From assembly GCA_963764165.1 (NCBI GenBank), contig CAVXRD010000004.1, positions 320,001 through 384,000 on the forward strand: DNA of 64,000 nt, written 5' to 3'. The notes beneath the pieces were generated by a model. The model saw nothing but the letters and a program-made list of their open reading frames with translations, had not been told where the DNA came from and did not search any database. Numbering within the stretch: the stretch's first letter is position 1; every line of letters starts with the position of its first letter. This document shows positions 38,263 through 47,979 of this stretch, one piece after another. Both the position numbers and the translations under genes were made by a program. Origin of the DNA: an uncultured Verrucomicrobiae bacterium (GTDB lineage: Bacteria > Verrucomicrobiota > Verrucomicrobiia > Limisphaerales > Palsa-1400).

Positions 38263-39321
38263 TTAAGGCCAAAACTTTGGTCGCAATCCGTATTTGCTTT
38301 GGAGCTTCATTGTGTCAGCCAGCGGCACGATTCCGCCGGCGCAAGTTGGGTGGAAAAGAGAGGCGGCGGCCACGCACACGCCCGTCAACAAACATTTCGG
38401 CATTTCCCAGCCTTCGTGCAGGCCGAGCAGGACGCCGGAGGCGAAGGCGTCCCCGGCTCCGGCGGTTCCCGCGATCACTTTGCCGGGAAGATTCAGCGAG
38501 GATTGCCAGAATTGCCCACCGGCGCGGGAGCAGGCGAAACTTCCCTCCGGAAAATGCACAACGACCCAGTCGCGCACGCCGCTCCCGAGCAGCTTCGCGC
38601 CAGCCTCCGGCAGCACCGCCGCATTCAGCGAGCCGTCCGCGCCGCGTATGGCGAGGCCGGTGGTTTTCCCGGCTTCCAATTCGTTGAGGATGCAGTAGTC
38701 GGCGTATTTCAATGCGGGCGGGACGACGCGCACGAAGCGGTCGCTGTCTTCGCTCACGGTATCGATGCTCGTTTTCAACCCGGCCTCTTGCGCGCGGTGA
38801 AGCAGCGCGGCGGCTTTCGTGCCGAACTTGCGGTCGGGCAAATCCAGCGCGTCCAGCAAAAGCAAATATCCGAGGTGAAAAATCCGGGCGCTGGTTTTGG
38901 CAAAATCAAGTTCCGAGCCGTCCCAAAGAGCGTTCGCGCCGCGATGATGGAAAAATGTGCGGTGACCGCCGTTTTGCTCGGTCATGACGTCCGTGTAGGA
39001 AGTCGGCGCTTTCGGAGTTTGGCAGAGGGATTTCGTGTCGATGCGATGCTCGCGGCAATCTTCGAGGATCACGCGGCCGAGGTCGTCCTCGCCAACCAGT
39101 CCGGCGGCCATTAACGGAAATGGCGCTTCCAATTTCGCAAGGTCGATGAGGACGTTATAAGGCGAGCCACCGGTTCCCTGCGATTGGCGAAGAATGTTGG
39201 CAAGGTGATCGCGCTGCGGGTAAACGTCGATGATCTTCACCTGGTCAATAATCCAGTTGCCGGCAGCCATGATGCCGTTGCGGGCGGATGTGTTTCGCTT
39301 TTTCACTGGTGCTTTGTTCAC
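38263..39321 (-). CDS. PfkB-family carbohydrate kinase
   Basis: GGSPYNV, GLVGEDDLG, NELEA, GTAGAGDAFASG. Confidence 0.92.
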   Translation of the reverse strand: MNKAPVKKRNTSARNGIMAAGNWIIDQVKIIDVYPQRDHLANILRQSQGTGGSPYNVLIDLAKLEAPFPLMAAGLVGEDDLGRVILEDCREHRIDTKSLCQTPKAPTSYTDVMTEQNGGHRTFFHHRGANALWDGSELDFAKTSARIFHLGYLLLLDALDLPDRKFGTKAAALLHRAQEAGLKTSIDTVSEDSDRFVRVVPPALKYADYCILNELEAGKTTGLAIRGADGSLNAAVLPEAGAKLLGSGVRDWVVVHFPEGSFACSRAGGQFWQSSLNLPGKVIAGTAGAGDAFASGVLLGLHEGWEMPKCLLTGVCVAAASLFHPTCAGGIVPLADTMKLQSKYGLRPKFWP

Positions 39322-39411
39322 CGCACTTTAAGAACCGGAGCAGCGAGCGGCAAGAATGGAATTGGCGCGGTTGGTCTGGACGGCGAAGCGCGGAGGAGTA
39401 AAATCTCCTCC

Positions 39412-40344
39412 ATGCCGGTTTATTTGCCTCCCATTTCCAGAAGATGTTTTCTTAAGAATTCGCTTGCCGTTTCTGCATTAGCCGCAGTTGGCGGTTGTGC
39501 TGTGAACGAGTTTGCCGCTCACGGCGATAGCTGGGCGCTGCTCTCCGACACGCACCTCGCCGCGGATCCGAATACGGTTCACAGCAACGTCAACATGACG
39601 CACAATCTTCAACTTGTGGCGCAAGAAGTCCTGGCATGGCCGGACCCTATTTCCGGCGTGCTGGTGAATGGCGATCTCGCTTTCGACAACGGCGATCCGG
39701 CGGATTATGCAGCGTTCCTTGGTTTGATCGCACCGATGCGCAAACGCGGGCCGATCTGTCTTTCCCTCGGCAATCATGATCACCGCGAGCATTTCTGGTC
39801 GGCGATGCCTCGCCAAAAAGCAACCAAGGCGGGACTTCCCGACCGCCAAATTACGATCATTCGCACGCCGCATGCCAATTGGTTCGTGCTGGATTCGCTC
39901 ATCAAGACTTTGGAAATACCGGGAAATCTTGGCGAAGCCCAGCGCGACTGGCTGGCCCGCGTTCTGGATCAAAATCCTGACAAACCCGCGCTCGTCGCCG
40001 TCCATCACAATCCAAATCCGAAGGCCGCCCCCGGAACTGCTCCGGCGGCGCAACTGCACGGATTGAAGGACACGGAAGAATTGCTGGCCATTCTGCGTCC
40101 GCGCCGCCATGTGAAGGCGTATTTTTTCGGCCACACGCATCATTGGAGCGTCTCCACCGATGAAAGCGGATTGCACCTGATTAATTTTCCGCCGGTGGCC
40201 TACGTGTTTCAGCCGGGGCAGCCGAGTGGCTGGGTTTACGCCGCAATAAATCCGCAAGGCGCAAGCCTGGAGATGCGATGCCTTGACCGCGCGCACGCGG
40301 AGCACGGCCGCGTGGTAGATTTGAAATGGCGGAGCGCAATGTGA
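39412..40344 (+). CDS. Tat-exported metallophosphoesterase
   Basis: SRRCFLK twin-arginine signal; SDTH, GDL, GNHD, HH, GHTH motifs. Confidence 0.92.
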   Translation: MPVYLPPISRRCFLKNSLAVSALAAVGGCAVNEFAAHGDSWALLSDTHLAADPNTVHSNVNMTHNLQLVAQEVLAWPDPISGVLVNGDLAFDNGDPADYAAFLGLIAPMRKRGPICLSLGNHDHREHFWSAMPRQKATKAGLPDRQITIIRTPHANWFVLDSLIKTLEIPGNLGEAQRDWLARVLDQNPDKPALVAVHHNPNPKAAPGTAPAAQLHGLKDTEELLAILRPRRHVKAYFFGHTHHWSVSTDESGLHLINFPPVAYVFQPGQPSGWVYAAINPQGASLEMRCLDRAHAEHGRVVDLKWRSAM

Positions 40345-40374
40345 CGCGGGTGACTCCCGTCGCGAAGTGAGGTA

Positions 40375-40401
40375 CGGACGCCTCGGCGAGCGTCCCTGCC
40401 T
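40375..40401 (-). repeat. REP-like hairpin (GCAG variant) between convergent genes
   Basis: Reverse complement AGGCAGGGACGCTCGCCGAGGCGTCCG. Confidence 0.75.
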
Positions 40402-40418
40402 TTAATCAGCGCGCGGCG

Positions 40419-41744
40419 CTAATTGCGCGGCAATTCGCGGATGTAAATATTCTTGAACCAAAGAGGGCCGCCGTGATTCTGCAATTCGATCTGGCCTTTC
40501 GAGTAAATGGGTTTGTCGCGTTCCCAATAGTTTTCCAAAGTGGTGTCGCGCACGACGCATTTGCCATTGAGGAAAACGTGAACTTTTTCGCCGACCATCA
40601 AAATCCGAAAACGATTCCACTCGCCCACCGGATTGTCCGCAAAGGCCAGCGGGTGGCGCTCGTTTTTTTCGTCGTTATACAAGCCGCCAGAACCGTCTGC
40701 CGGCGTGAATTGGCCGGGGCTGTTGGGCTCCCAGATTTGCACCTGCGGACTGCCGCGAAGATAGATGCCGCTGTCGCCCTTGGCCGGAATTTTCCAATCG
40801 ACCAGCATTTCGAAATCGCCGTAATCGCGCGCCGTGCAAAGGTTGTCGCCGTGGCCGTCGAAAACAACCATTCCGTCTTCCGCTTTCCAATGTTCTCGCA
40901 TGCGCTCATCGGCTTTCGCCTGCGCCGCCGCCAGTTCCTCGGCGGACATTTTTGCGCGCTTGGGCGGATCGGCCACCAAGCCCTTCCAGCCCGTCAGATC
41001 ATGCCCATTGAAGAGCGCGGTGAAGCCTTCGGGCGGCGCATCGCCGGAAGGCGCAGGAAGTTCCTTGATATAAATATTCTTGAACTCAACGTAGCTATAA
41101 TGTCCCAGAAGCGCGATGCGTCCGCTGTCGCGCAGCATTCCTGGATGGCCGCGCAGAATTTCCGGATTGGTCACGGTGTTCAGATTTCCGTCAACAATAG
41201 TCTGGCCGTTGAGCACAATTTTAACCAGGCGGCCCTTCATCGTGATCTCGTAATGATTCCATTCGCCGACTTTTTTCAACGCGCCGCGCTTGGCGGAAAA
41301 AATCTTGTAGAGCGACCCGCAGTATTGGCCCGGCTCGAGATGCGCGTAAGAAGGATCATCGTCATCGAGAATCTGGATTTCATTGCCGGAATAAGTCAGG
41401 TCGTTCGTCTCGAATGGCACGCGGATGCCGACGCCGTTGTTGGCGGCGGGCGTCAATTTGAAATCCATAAGCAATACGTAATCGCCAAACGTCTTATCCG
41501 TGACCAGATCGTTGGCGGCATTTGGCGGCGAGGCGATCACCCCATTTGTGACGAAATAAGACGGGCCTTTCGTTTTGTGAATTTCGGTCCAGCCGTCCAG
41601 CGACTTTCCGTCGAACAACGACACGAAGCCGCCGTGCTTTAGAGCGGCGACATCGGTGGATTCGGATTGGGCGGTTGCATTTCCCGCCAATAATATTGAG
41701 AGCGCCGCCGCCTGTAGGAATCGCATCGGTGTATTCATCATCAT
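40419..41744 (-). CDS. secreted double DUF1080 (3-keto-disaccharide hydrolase-like) protein
   Basis: Signal peptide; two copies of SLFDGKSLDGW/ALFNGHDLTGW...GEWN...FKNIYI. Confidence 0.9.
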   Translation of the reverse strand: MMMNTPMRFLQAAALSILLAGNATAQSESTDVAALKHGGFVSLFDGKSLDGWTEIHKTKGPSYFVTNGVIASPPNAANDLVTDKTFGDYVLLMDFKLTPAANNGVGIRVPFETNDLTYSGNEIQILDDDDPSYAHLEPGQYCGSLYKIFSAKRGALKKVGEWNHYEITMKGRLVKIVLNGQTIVDGNLNTVTNPEILRGHPGMLRDSGRIALLGHYSYVEFKNIYIKELPAPSGDAPPEGFTALFNGHDLTGWKGLVADPPKRAKMSAEELAAAQAKADERMREHWKAEDGMVVFDGHGDNLCTARDYGDFEMLVDWKIPAKGDSGIYLRGSPQVQIWEPNSPGQFTPADGSGGLYNDEKNERHPLAFADNPVGEWNRFRILMVGEKVHVFLNGKCVVRDTTLENYWERDKPIYSKGQIELQNHGGPLWFKNIYIRELPRN

Positions 41745-41887
41745 AGAATTCGCCGACAGAACTAATCGCGTGGTGCGCGTGCGTCAATGGCAAAGGCCCT
41801 TTTGAGGAAATGCACCGCAGCGCGCTGCGGCTGATTCTCAGTCGCCTGGCTCCTTCGAAGACAGCCGCGCTTGACGGGCGGCGTCCG

Positions 41888-44800
41888 TCAAGGCTGGAGC
41901 AATATCGAACCGCCGTTTGTTTTGCCGAGGAAAAATCCTTCCCCGATGGAGGAGCCTTGGAGCAGGACTGCCGAACCGCTGCTGGTGGATTTGCCCACGC
42001 CGTTTCCAAAGACAACTTTCAAGAGCCCCGTCTTCGGATTCAACGAGCCTGTCAATGAACTCGTTGGAGCGCCGCTTGATTTGACCAGCGAATTCTTGTC
42101 AAACGAAACAGGGAAATTGAGGGCGGCCGGCAATGTTCCCCCGGAAACGGAAAGAATGTCGCCCGTGACGAAACCGGCGGCGGCCTGCGATGCCAGCCAG
42201 GCCGAGCCTGTCACAGCAACCGAATTTGTAAAACCGCGCGGATAAATCCCGGTGGGCGCGGCCTTTCGCATCCACGCAAGAGTTCCAGAGGGTGCGCCGT
42301 TCTCAATGGTGAGCCAGCCAGTCAATAATTCGGCTCCGCCGCGCAAACTCATGCAGACCGGCACATTGCCGCTTTCACTAAGCGGCGCCATCTGCGAAAA
42401 AGCGACGCCATCCGCCAGCGAGCCAGCGAGCGTGATTTTGCCCAGATGATTGGTCATCAGGATGCAGCCGTAACCGGGCAGAGCGCCCGGCGAAATGGCC
42501 GCGGTGAATTCGGCGGAAGCGCCAGGTGCTGCGGAAATCTCGTTGGTCAAACCAGCCGACCAAGCCCCATTGCTGGCCGAGACGCTTCCAGTGATGAGCG
42601 GGGGAGAAACCGAGCTGTTCAGCGCCATCGACAAAATGACCGGGCCGCCTGCCGCATCGGGGCGCTTAATGACTTTCGTAGCCGGGCCGGAAGTCAGGCC
42701 GCCGCTGAGTGCGTAGCTTGCGCCGTTGAGCAGAAGCTTCCCGCTGTAAATTCCGTTTTTTCCGACCACGAGATTCTGCAGCATTCCCGAAGTCAGCAAA
42801 CTGGGCGGCGTTGCGGCGAAGAGCCCATTATACGTGCCCGGGCCTACCAAAACATAAGTCTCCGCCAGCTTTGCTTCGACGCCAGCTTTAATGGCCACCG
42901 TCACACTTTGCGGCGTGGTCCATCCCGCGATCGAGCCAAACGCAACAGTGTGGCTCCCAGCCAGCAGGTTGCCCAGCACCGCACCGCTTTGCTGCCAGCT
43001 CCCGCCGTCAACCTGCCATCCCGCCCCGGCGTTTGTCAACGAACCTGGCGACAATGTTACCTTGAGCGATCCCACCTGTTCATAAGTTGCCGAGAGCGTC
43101 GAATTCGACCCCGCCGACACCGTGACGGTTTGAGAATCGGGCGCCCGCCAGCCGCTCGGCGACTCAAATGCCACCGTGTGGCTGCCTATGGAAATGTCCG
43201 CCGCAATTGCGCCGCTCTTCTTATATGAACCGCCGTCGACGTTCCACTTCGCGCCCGCCGCAACGGCCGCGACTGGCTCGATGGTCACCTCGATGGAACC
43301 GGCCGCCGTATCCGAATTCGTCTCGAATACCCCGATAAGAGCGGCCATAAGTGAAATCCCTTTCATCGATCCCCAGCCTGTGCAGAGATCGAAGCCCGCT
43401 TCCGCATCGAAACTGTTGGGGCTGTCCAGCCACGTATTGTTGCCGCTGGTAACGTCATGAAAATTCGCGGAATAATTTCCGTTGGTGGCCAGCGCGTAGA
43501 GGGCCGGGTTCAGGAAACCGACCGGTGACAATCCGTTAGTGGCGGCGAGCTGGTTCATCAACGCGGCGTAAGCCGCCCATAGAGGCGCGGCGCAGCTCGT
43601 CCCACCCCAGCCGCCTGAACGCTGGCCGTCGTCGGAATAAATGTAGCAGTTGTCGGCGTTGGCCGCGATGTCAGGAGAGTTGCGCATCGTCGCCGACCCT
43701 TTGTTGGCGCTCATGCTGATGCCCTCTTGCCACACGGGAATGCCGTAGTAAGTGCTGATGCCGCCGCTGCTGCTGGTCGCATTTTCCGCCGAAACTCGCG
43801 GGCCGCTGTCCCACGCCCAGACCTTCTCGCTGGCCCACGCATAATTGGGCGAGCCGCCGATCGTCAGGGTCGTGCCGCCGACCTGCATGATGCTTGGACT
43901 GTCGGAAGGAAAATAGACCGGGCCCACAAACGCGCCCGCGTCTCCACTGGCGTTAAAGAACGACTGGCCTTGCGCGGCCATCTGCTTGAACAAAAGCTCG
44001 GAAGCCGGATCAGCCGATGTATCCCCGCCCCACGAGCAACTGAATTGGAGGATTTCCGGGCGCGAAACCATCGCTTCAAAAACATCGTCAAAATCGCTGT
44101 TGCTCTCATATTCCCCGCCGTCTTCAAAAACGTAAATTTTCGACAATCCCGGAGCCATCGCCACAGCCATTTCGATGTCAATCGAACATTCTTCCCCGTT
44201 GTCACCGCCGTCCGCAGGAGTGGCCCCGCCCTCCAAAGACACCACAACCAATTCGGGCCGCGCGCTGCTGCTGATGCCGATGGCGTTTTCGTAAGCCACA
44301 ATGTCGCTCGGGTAATAACCCTCAAACTCGACCAACCCGAGGCTTTGGCCCGCGCCCGTCAGCTTCGTGCCGGGGACGTAGGCCTTCCGAAAATCATTGC
44401 CCCACAACTGCCCGCCGGGCGCGGTGCCTGCTTTCGCCACCACGCCGGCGGGCAAAGATTGGCGGTGGTGATGATGGGGATGCGGCAGGATGTAATTGTT
44501 CAATCCGGCAATGTGCGACACCGGTATCTCCGACGGGACGGACGGTTCGGAATCAGGCGCGAAAAATGTCCGCGGCTCGCTCGGATGCTGGTAGGTGCTG
44601 AGGTGAATTTGGAACGCGGTTTCGATATCCGAAGCGGTGCCCTCGACATCAAGCACCACGCGGTTCGTATATTGGCGCGTTACGGCAAGATGATTGGCCG
44701 AGGCAAAGTCCGCCAGCGCCCGGTAGTCCTTTTCCGCCGGGCCGAATCGCGCGGCAAACTGTTCTTGCGAAAGATAGTGGTGATAATTCGTGCTGGCGGG

Positions 44801-45043
44801 ATCGTACACTTCCTTGAGGAAGTTCTCCAATCCCTGCTCGTCCCTGGAAGCGAGCCCGACGGCAAGATGAATCCGTTGCGTCCCATGAAGGCGGCCCTTG
44901 GGCGGTATCTGCGAGACGATTTGTGGGACATGCCCCCGAATGACCACGCGCTCCCCGGCATTCGCGCCCAGCGCCGCAAGAAAGACTAATAAAACCAAAG
45001 CAGCAAGACCTTTGGGCCGGGCAAGAGTCATCAGGCGTTGCAT
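41888..45043 (-). CDS. secreted S53 (sedolisin) peptidase with pro-domain and C-terminal repeats
   Basis: EECSIDIE, ASGDAG, GGTSCAAP, FHDVTSGNN, GFDLCTGWGS; start uncertain (45043 or 45031). Confidence 0.92.
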   Translation of the reverse strand: MQRLMTLARPKGLAALVLLVFLAALGANAGERVVIRGHVPQIVSQIPPKGRLHGTQRIHLAVGLASRDEQGLENFLKEVYDPASTNYHHYLSQEQFAARFGPAEKDYRALADFASANHLAVTRQYTNRVVLDVEGTASDIETAFQIHLSTYQHPSEPRTFFAPDSEPSVPSEIPVSHIAGLNNYILPHPHHHHRQSLPAGVVAKAGTAPGGQLWGNDFRKAYVPGTKLTGAGQSLGLVEFEGYYPSDIVAYENAIGISSSARPELVVVSLEGGATPADGGDNGEECSIDIEMAVAMAPGLSKIYVFEDGGEYESNSDFDDVFEAMVSRPEILQFSCSWGGDTSADPASELLFKQMAAQGQSFFNASGDAGAFVGPVYFPSDSPSIMQVGGTTLTIGGSPNYAWASEKVWAWDSGPRVSAENATSSSGGISTYYGIPVWQEGISMSANKGSATMRNSPDIAANADNCYIYSDDGQRSGGWGGTSCAAPLWAAYAALMNQLAATNGLSPVGFLNPALYALATNGNYSANFHDVTSGNNTWLDSPNSFDAEAGFDLCTGWGSMKGISLMAALIGVFETNSDTAAGSIEVTIEPVAAVAAGAKWNVDGGSYKKSGAIAADISIGSHTVAFESPSGWRAPDSQTVTVSAGSNSTLSATYEQVGSLKVTLSPGSLTNAGAGWQVDGGSWQQSGAVLGNLLAGSHTVAFGSIAGWTTPQSVTVAIKAGVEAKLAETYVLVGPGTYNGLFAATPPSLLTSGMLQNLVVGKNGIYSGKLLLNGASYALSGGLTSGPATKVIKRPDAAGGPVILSMALNSSVSPPLITGSVSASNGAWSAGLTNEISAAPGASAEFTAAISPGALPGYGCILMTNHLGKITLAGSLADGVAFSQMAPLSESGNVPVCMSLRGGAELLTGWLTIENGAPSGTLAWMRKAAPTGIYPRGFTNSVAVTGSAWLASQAAAGFVTGDILSVSGGTLPAALNFPVSFDKNSLVKSSGAPTSSLTGSLNPKTGLLKVVFGNGVGKSTSSGSAVLLQGSSIGEGFFLGKTNGGSILLQP

Positions 45044-45357
45044 TAAAAAATACATATCAAAAGGATCGCTATGCCCGTCTAACCGCCCAATGGAGGAGCA
45101 ACTTAGCGCAATTCCGCGCATTTTCAATTCCGTTTGATCGATTTTGTCCTCCCCACATTCAACCCCCTCGTTGGAAAAAAGTCGCGGGCTTCATGGAGCG
45201 CTAGTTTGTCTTTGTGTTCCTCAGCGCCCCCATCTTCTCAGCGCGAGATTTCTTTTCCCTCTCGAATTCGGTTTCATTGTGGCAAGAGACGCCATCGCGT
45301 CTTAACGATGGTTTTGCCCGGCGCAGACCGCGCGTTCGACTCCGACTTCATGGCCGA

Positions 45358-45549
45358 TTAGAAAGGCCAGCTCGGCAGGGGATAACTAGGCACCTTGACT
45401 GCATCGGGCGTTACGGCGAAAAGGATTGCCGCGGCAAGCAAAAGAAAGAACGCCAGCACCATCCAAACAATGACGCATCGTTCCCAGCTCGAGGTGTGAA
45501 TATCGTTGCCGTGATACACGCTGCTTCTATGAAAGAAGCTCAATCTCAT
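45358..45549 (-). CDS. small membrane protein
   Basis: Single TM VIVWMVLAFFLLLAAAILFAV. Confidence 0.45.
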   Translation of the reverse strand: MRLSFFHRSSVYHGNDIHTSSWERCVIVWMVLAFFLLLAAAILFAVTPDAVKVPSYPLPSWPF

Positions 45550-45886
45550 GATAACCTCCGCTATGAAGATAGTCCTCAGCCCGCATTAAATCAAACGGCC
45601 TTCGAGGGTTGGCCGCGCAGGGACCTCGCGATGAACTCGATTCAGCGGATTGCCCGCCAAGTAATACCCACACAGGATTGTGATTGTCATCCAAAGTGGG
45701 TGATGGACAGCCGACAAGCGCGGCTGTGTCCGCAGACCAACAACTTGTTTCAAAGCGGCTGCGGTGGGCTTCGACACAGCCGCTCAAAGCGAATCCTCGG
45801 TTATCTCACTGCGCGCCTCACCCACGTTGGCTCCCGTCCCTCGCGCATGATGCATGGTAAACGGCCCCATTGCGATAGCATAACTA

Positions 45887-46594
45887 TCACCAAGGCCGGT
45901 TTAGGTCGGGACGCCGCCTTCGGTTTTGCCGAACGCGCGCCGCCGGAGTCAGGTCTGCCAGGTTTGCAGGAGCCGTGGGCGGCTGTTTTTCCGCGGAATC
46001 TATCGCCGCCATTTGTTCGTCAATGACGCCCAGCAACTCCTTTCGGCCGTGTCCCGTCTCCGCTGAACAGGTGAAGACCGCCGGCAACTTTTCAAACCAG
46101 GCCGAGACGCAATTTGAAAAAGCTCTAATGTTTTTCTCCACGGTCGCAGTAGCCACCTTGTCCGTCTTGGTAAAGACCAGGACGAATGGGACGGCGTGGC
46201 GCGCAAGCCATTCGACGAACTCCAGATCAATTTGCTGCGGCGCCAAGCCGGACTCAACCAACGCGAATACGAGGCAAAGGTTCGCGCGATTTTCCAGGTA
46301 ATCGGCTACGGCTTGATTGAATCGGGCCGAGTCCTGTTTAGCGCCTTGGGAGAATCCGTATCCGGGCAGATCCACCAGCCGCCACGACTTGTTTATGGTG
46401 AAGATATTAATGAGCTTGGTGAATCCTGGAGTGGGCGAAACGCGGGCCAACCCCTTCTCGCCCGCCAGCATATTTAACAGCGAGGACTTGCCGACGTTCG
46501 AGCGGCCGATGAAGGCAAACTCAGGCCGTGACTCATCGGGACACGAAGCCAAATCCGGCGAGCTGCAATCAAAAATGGCGGAAATAATATTCAC
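45887..46594 (-). CDS. engB: ribosome biogenesis GTPase YihA/YsxC
   Basis: PEFAFIGRSNVGKSSL, VDLPGYG, TKTDK. Confidence 0.95.
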   Translation of the reverse strand: MNIISAIFDCSSPDLASCPDESRPEFAFIGRSNVGKSSLLNMLAGEKGLARVSPTPGFTKLINIFTINKSWRLVDLPGYGFSQGAKQDSARFNQAVADYLENRANLCLVFALVESGLAPQQIDLEFVEWLARHAVPFVLVFTKTDKVATATVEKNIRAFSNCVSAWFEKLPAVFTCSAETGHGRKELLGVIDEQMAAIDSAEKQPPTAPANLADLTPAARVRQNRRRRPDLNRPW

Positions 46595-46664
46595 GATGGA
46601 AAACCCAGCTCATTGTCGCATAAGTTCGCCGCATTGATACCCTTATTGTCAGAAAAGGAGATGT

Positions 46665-47714
46665 TCAGCGCACAACTCCATGCGTCCGGCGTCCGCTCTT
46701 TTTGCGATCTTGCCAGCCTGCTCGCTTTTGCGCTTCGCGCAGGTTGCGGATTTCGACTTGGAGTTTGAGGAAATTGTCATACCGCTCGCGTGGGAGCCTG
46801 CCGTCGGCGAGCGCATCGAGAACCGCGCACGGATCTTCCTTAGTATGGGTGCAGTCGCGGAAATGGCAGCGCAACGAGAGCGCGTCCACTTCGGGACAGG
46901 CTTGCGCTGGCCCTTCGCCGGTAATCCAGAGGTGGAATTCCCGCATGCCGGGCGTGTCAATAACAACGCCGCCCTGCGGCAGGAAAATCATCTGGCGGCA
47001 CGACGTGGCATGCCGGCCTTTGTCGTCATCGGCGCGAACTTCAATCGTGGCCTGGATGTCTTCTCCATAGAAGCGGTTGATGAGGCTCGACTTGCCCACA
47101 CCCGAAGTGCCGATGAACACGGCGGTGTCGCCGGGCTTGATCAGCTTTGCCACCTTCGCTAATCCCCTTCCGGTAAGCGCACAGGCTGCAAGCACTAAAT
47201 CGTTGCCAGCCACGCGAGTTGCCTCCGCGAGGCGCGAGTCGAGGTCGTCGCACAAATCGATTTTATTGAGCAGCACGACCGCGCGCGCGCCGCTTTCGTG
47301 TACCATGGCCAGCATCTGCTCCAAACGCGCGGAGTCGAACCTTGCGTTCGCGGCAACGACCATGAAGACCGTGTCGATATTCGTGGCGAGAACATGCTCC
47401 GTGATGCCGCGTCCGGCCATCTTGCGGCAGAGTCGCGTGCGGCGCGGAAGAATGGCTTGAATTATAGCCTTATCCTCGTTGGCAACAAGTTTTACAGCGA
47501 CCCAATCCCCGACTTTGGGAAGCTTTTCATTTGCGCCTCGCGCTTCATGAATGCACTTGCCGGTCACTTGCGCCAGAAGCTCGGCATCCGCAGTCCAGAC
47601 ACGGTAGTAGTGCCTATCCTCCGAAGCGACGCGCGCTGGAATCAGCTCTTTGGCATAATGAGGCGCGAACAGCTGCTCCAGGCCAGAGTTCCAGCCCAAA
47701 TTCGTCAGGTCCAT
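46665..47714 (-). CDS. rsgA: small ribosomal subunit biogenesis GTPase RsgA
   Basis: VGDWV, NKIDL, GTSGVGKSSL, DTPGMRE, CHFRDCTHTKEDPCAV. Confidence 0.95.
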   Translation of the reverse strand: MDLTNLGWNSGLEQLFAPHYAKELIPARVASEDRHYYRVWTADAELLAQVTGKCIHEARGANEKLPKVGDWVAVKLVANEDKAIIQAILPRRTRLCRKMAGRGITEHVLATNIDTVFMVVAANARFDSARLEQMLAMVHESGARAVVLLNKIDLCDDLDSRLAEATRVAGNDLVLAACALTGRGLAKVAKLIKPGDTAVFIGTSGVGKSSLINRFYGEDIQATIEVRADDDKGRHATSCRQMIFLPQGGVVIDTPGMREFHLWITGEGPAQACPEVDALSLRCHFRDCTHTKEDPCAVLDALADGRLPRERYDNFLKLQVEIRNLREAQKRAGWQDRKKSGRRTHGVVR

Positions 47715-47820
47715 CGCAGTATGCCGGTTGAATCATTCACAGCCATCAACCTACACCATGGAAACGCTCTCAAGAAGTTTAAAATTGCGGATTCCGGTCC
47801 TGAATAAAACATGAATCTGA

Positions 47821-47906
47821 ACAGGAGCAAGACCGAGGGCACAGAGACGGAAAATCATCGTCACGCAATAAGGCATTTTTCTGCGCGTTCTTGGTCTTCC
47901 TCCTGT
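47821..47906. repeat. host palindromic repeat related to the ACAGAAG family
   Basis: ACAGGAG-CAAGACCGAGGGCACAGA ... TCTGCGCGTTCTTGGTCTTC-CTCCTGT. Confidence 0.6.
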
Positions 47907-47979
47907 TCCATTTCAAAGGTCTTTCTGGCATCAGAGTTGCAATCGCACGATGAATCTCGCATACAAGCCATCGCCTTTC

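Noticed and set aside
45586..45777. 63-aa minus-strand ORF
   Set aside because: Short with no recognisable motif; possible small gene but unsupported
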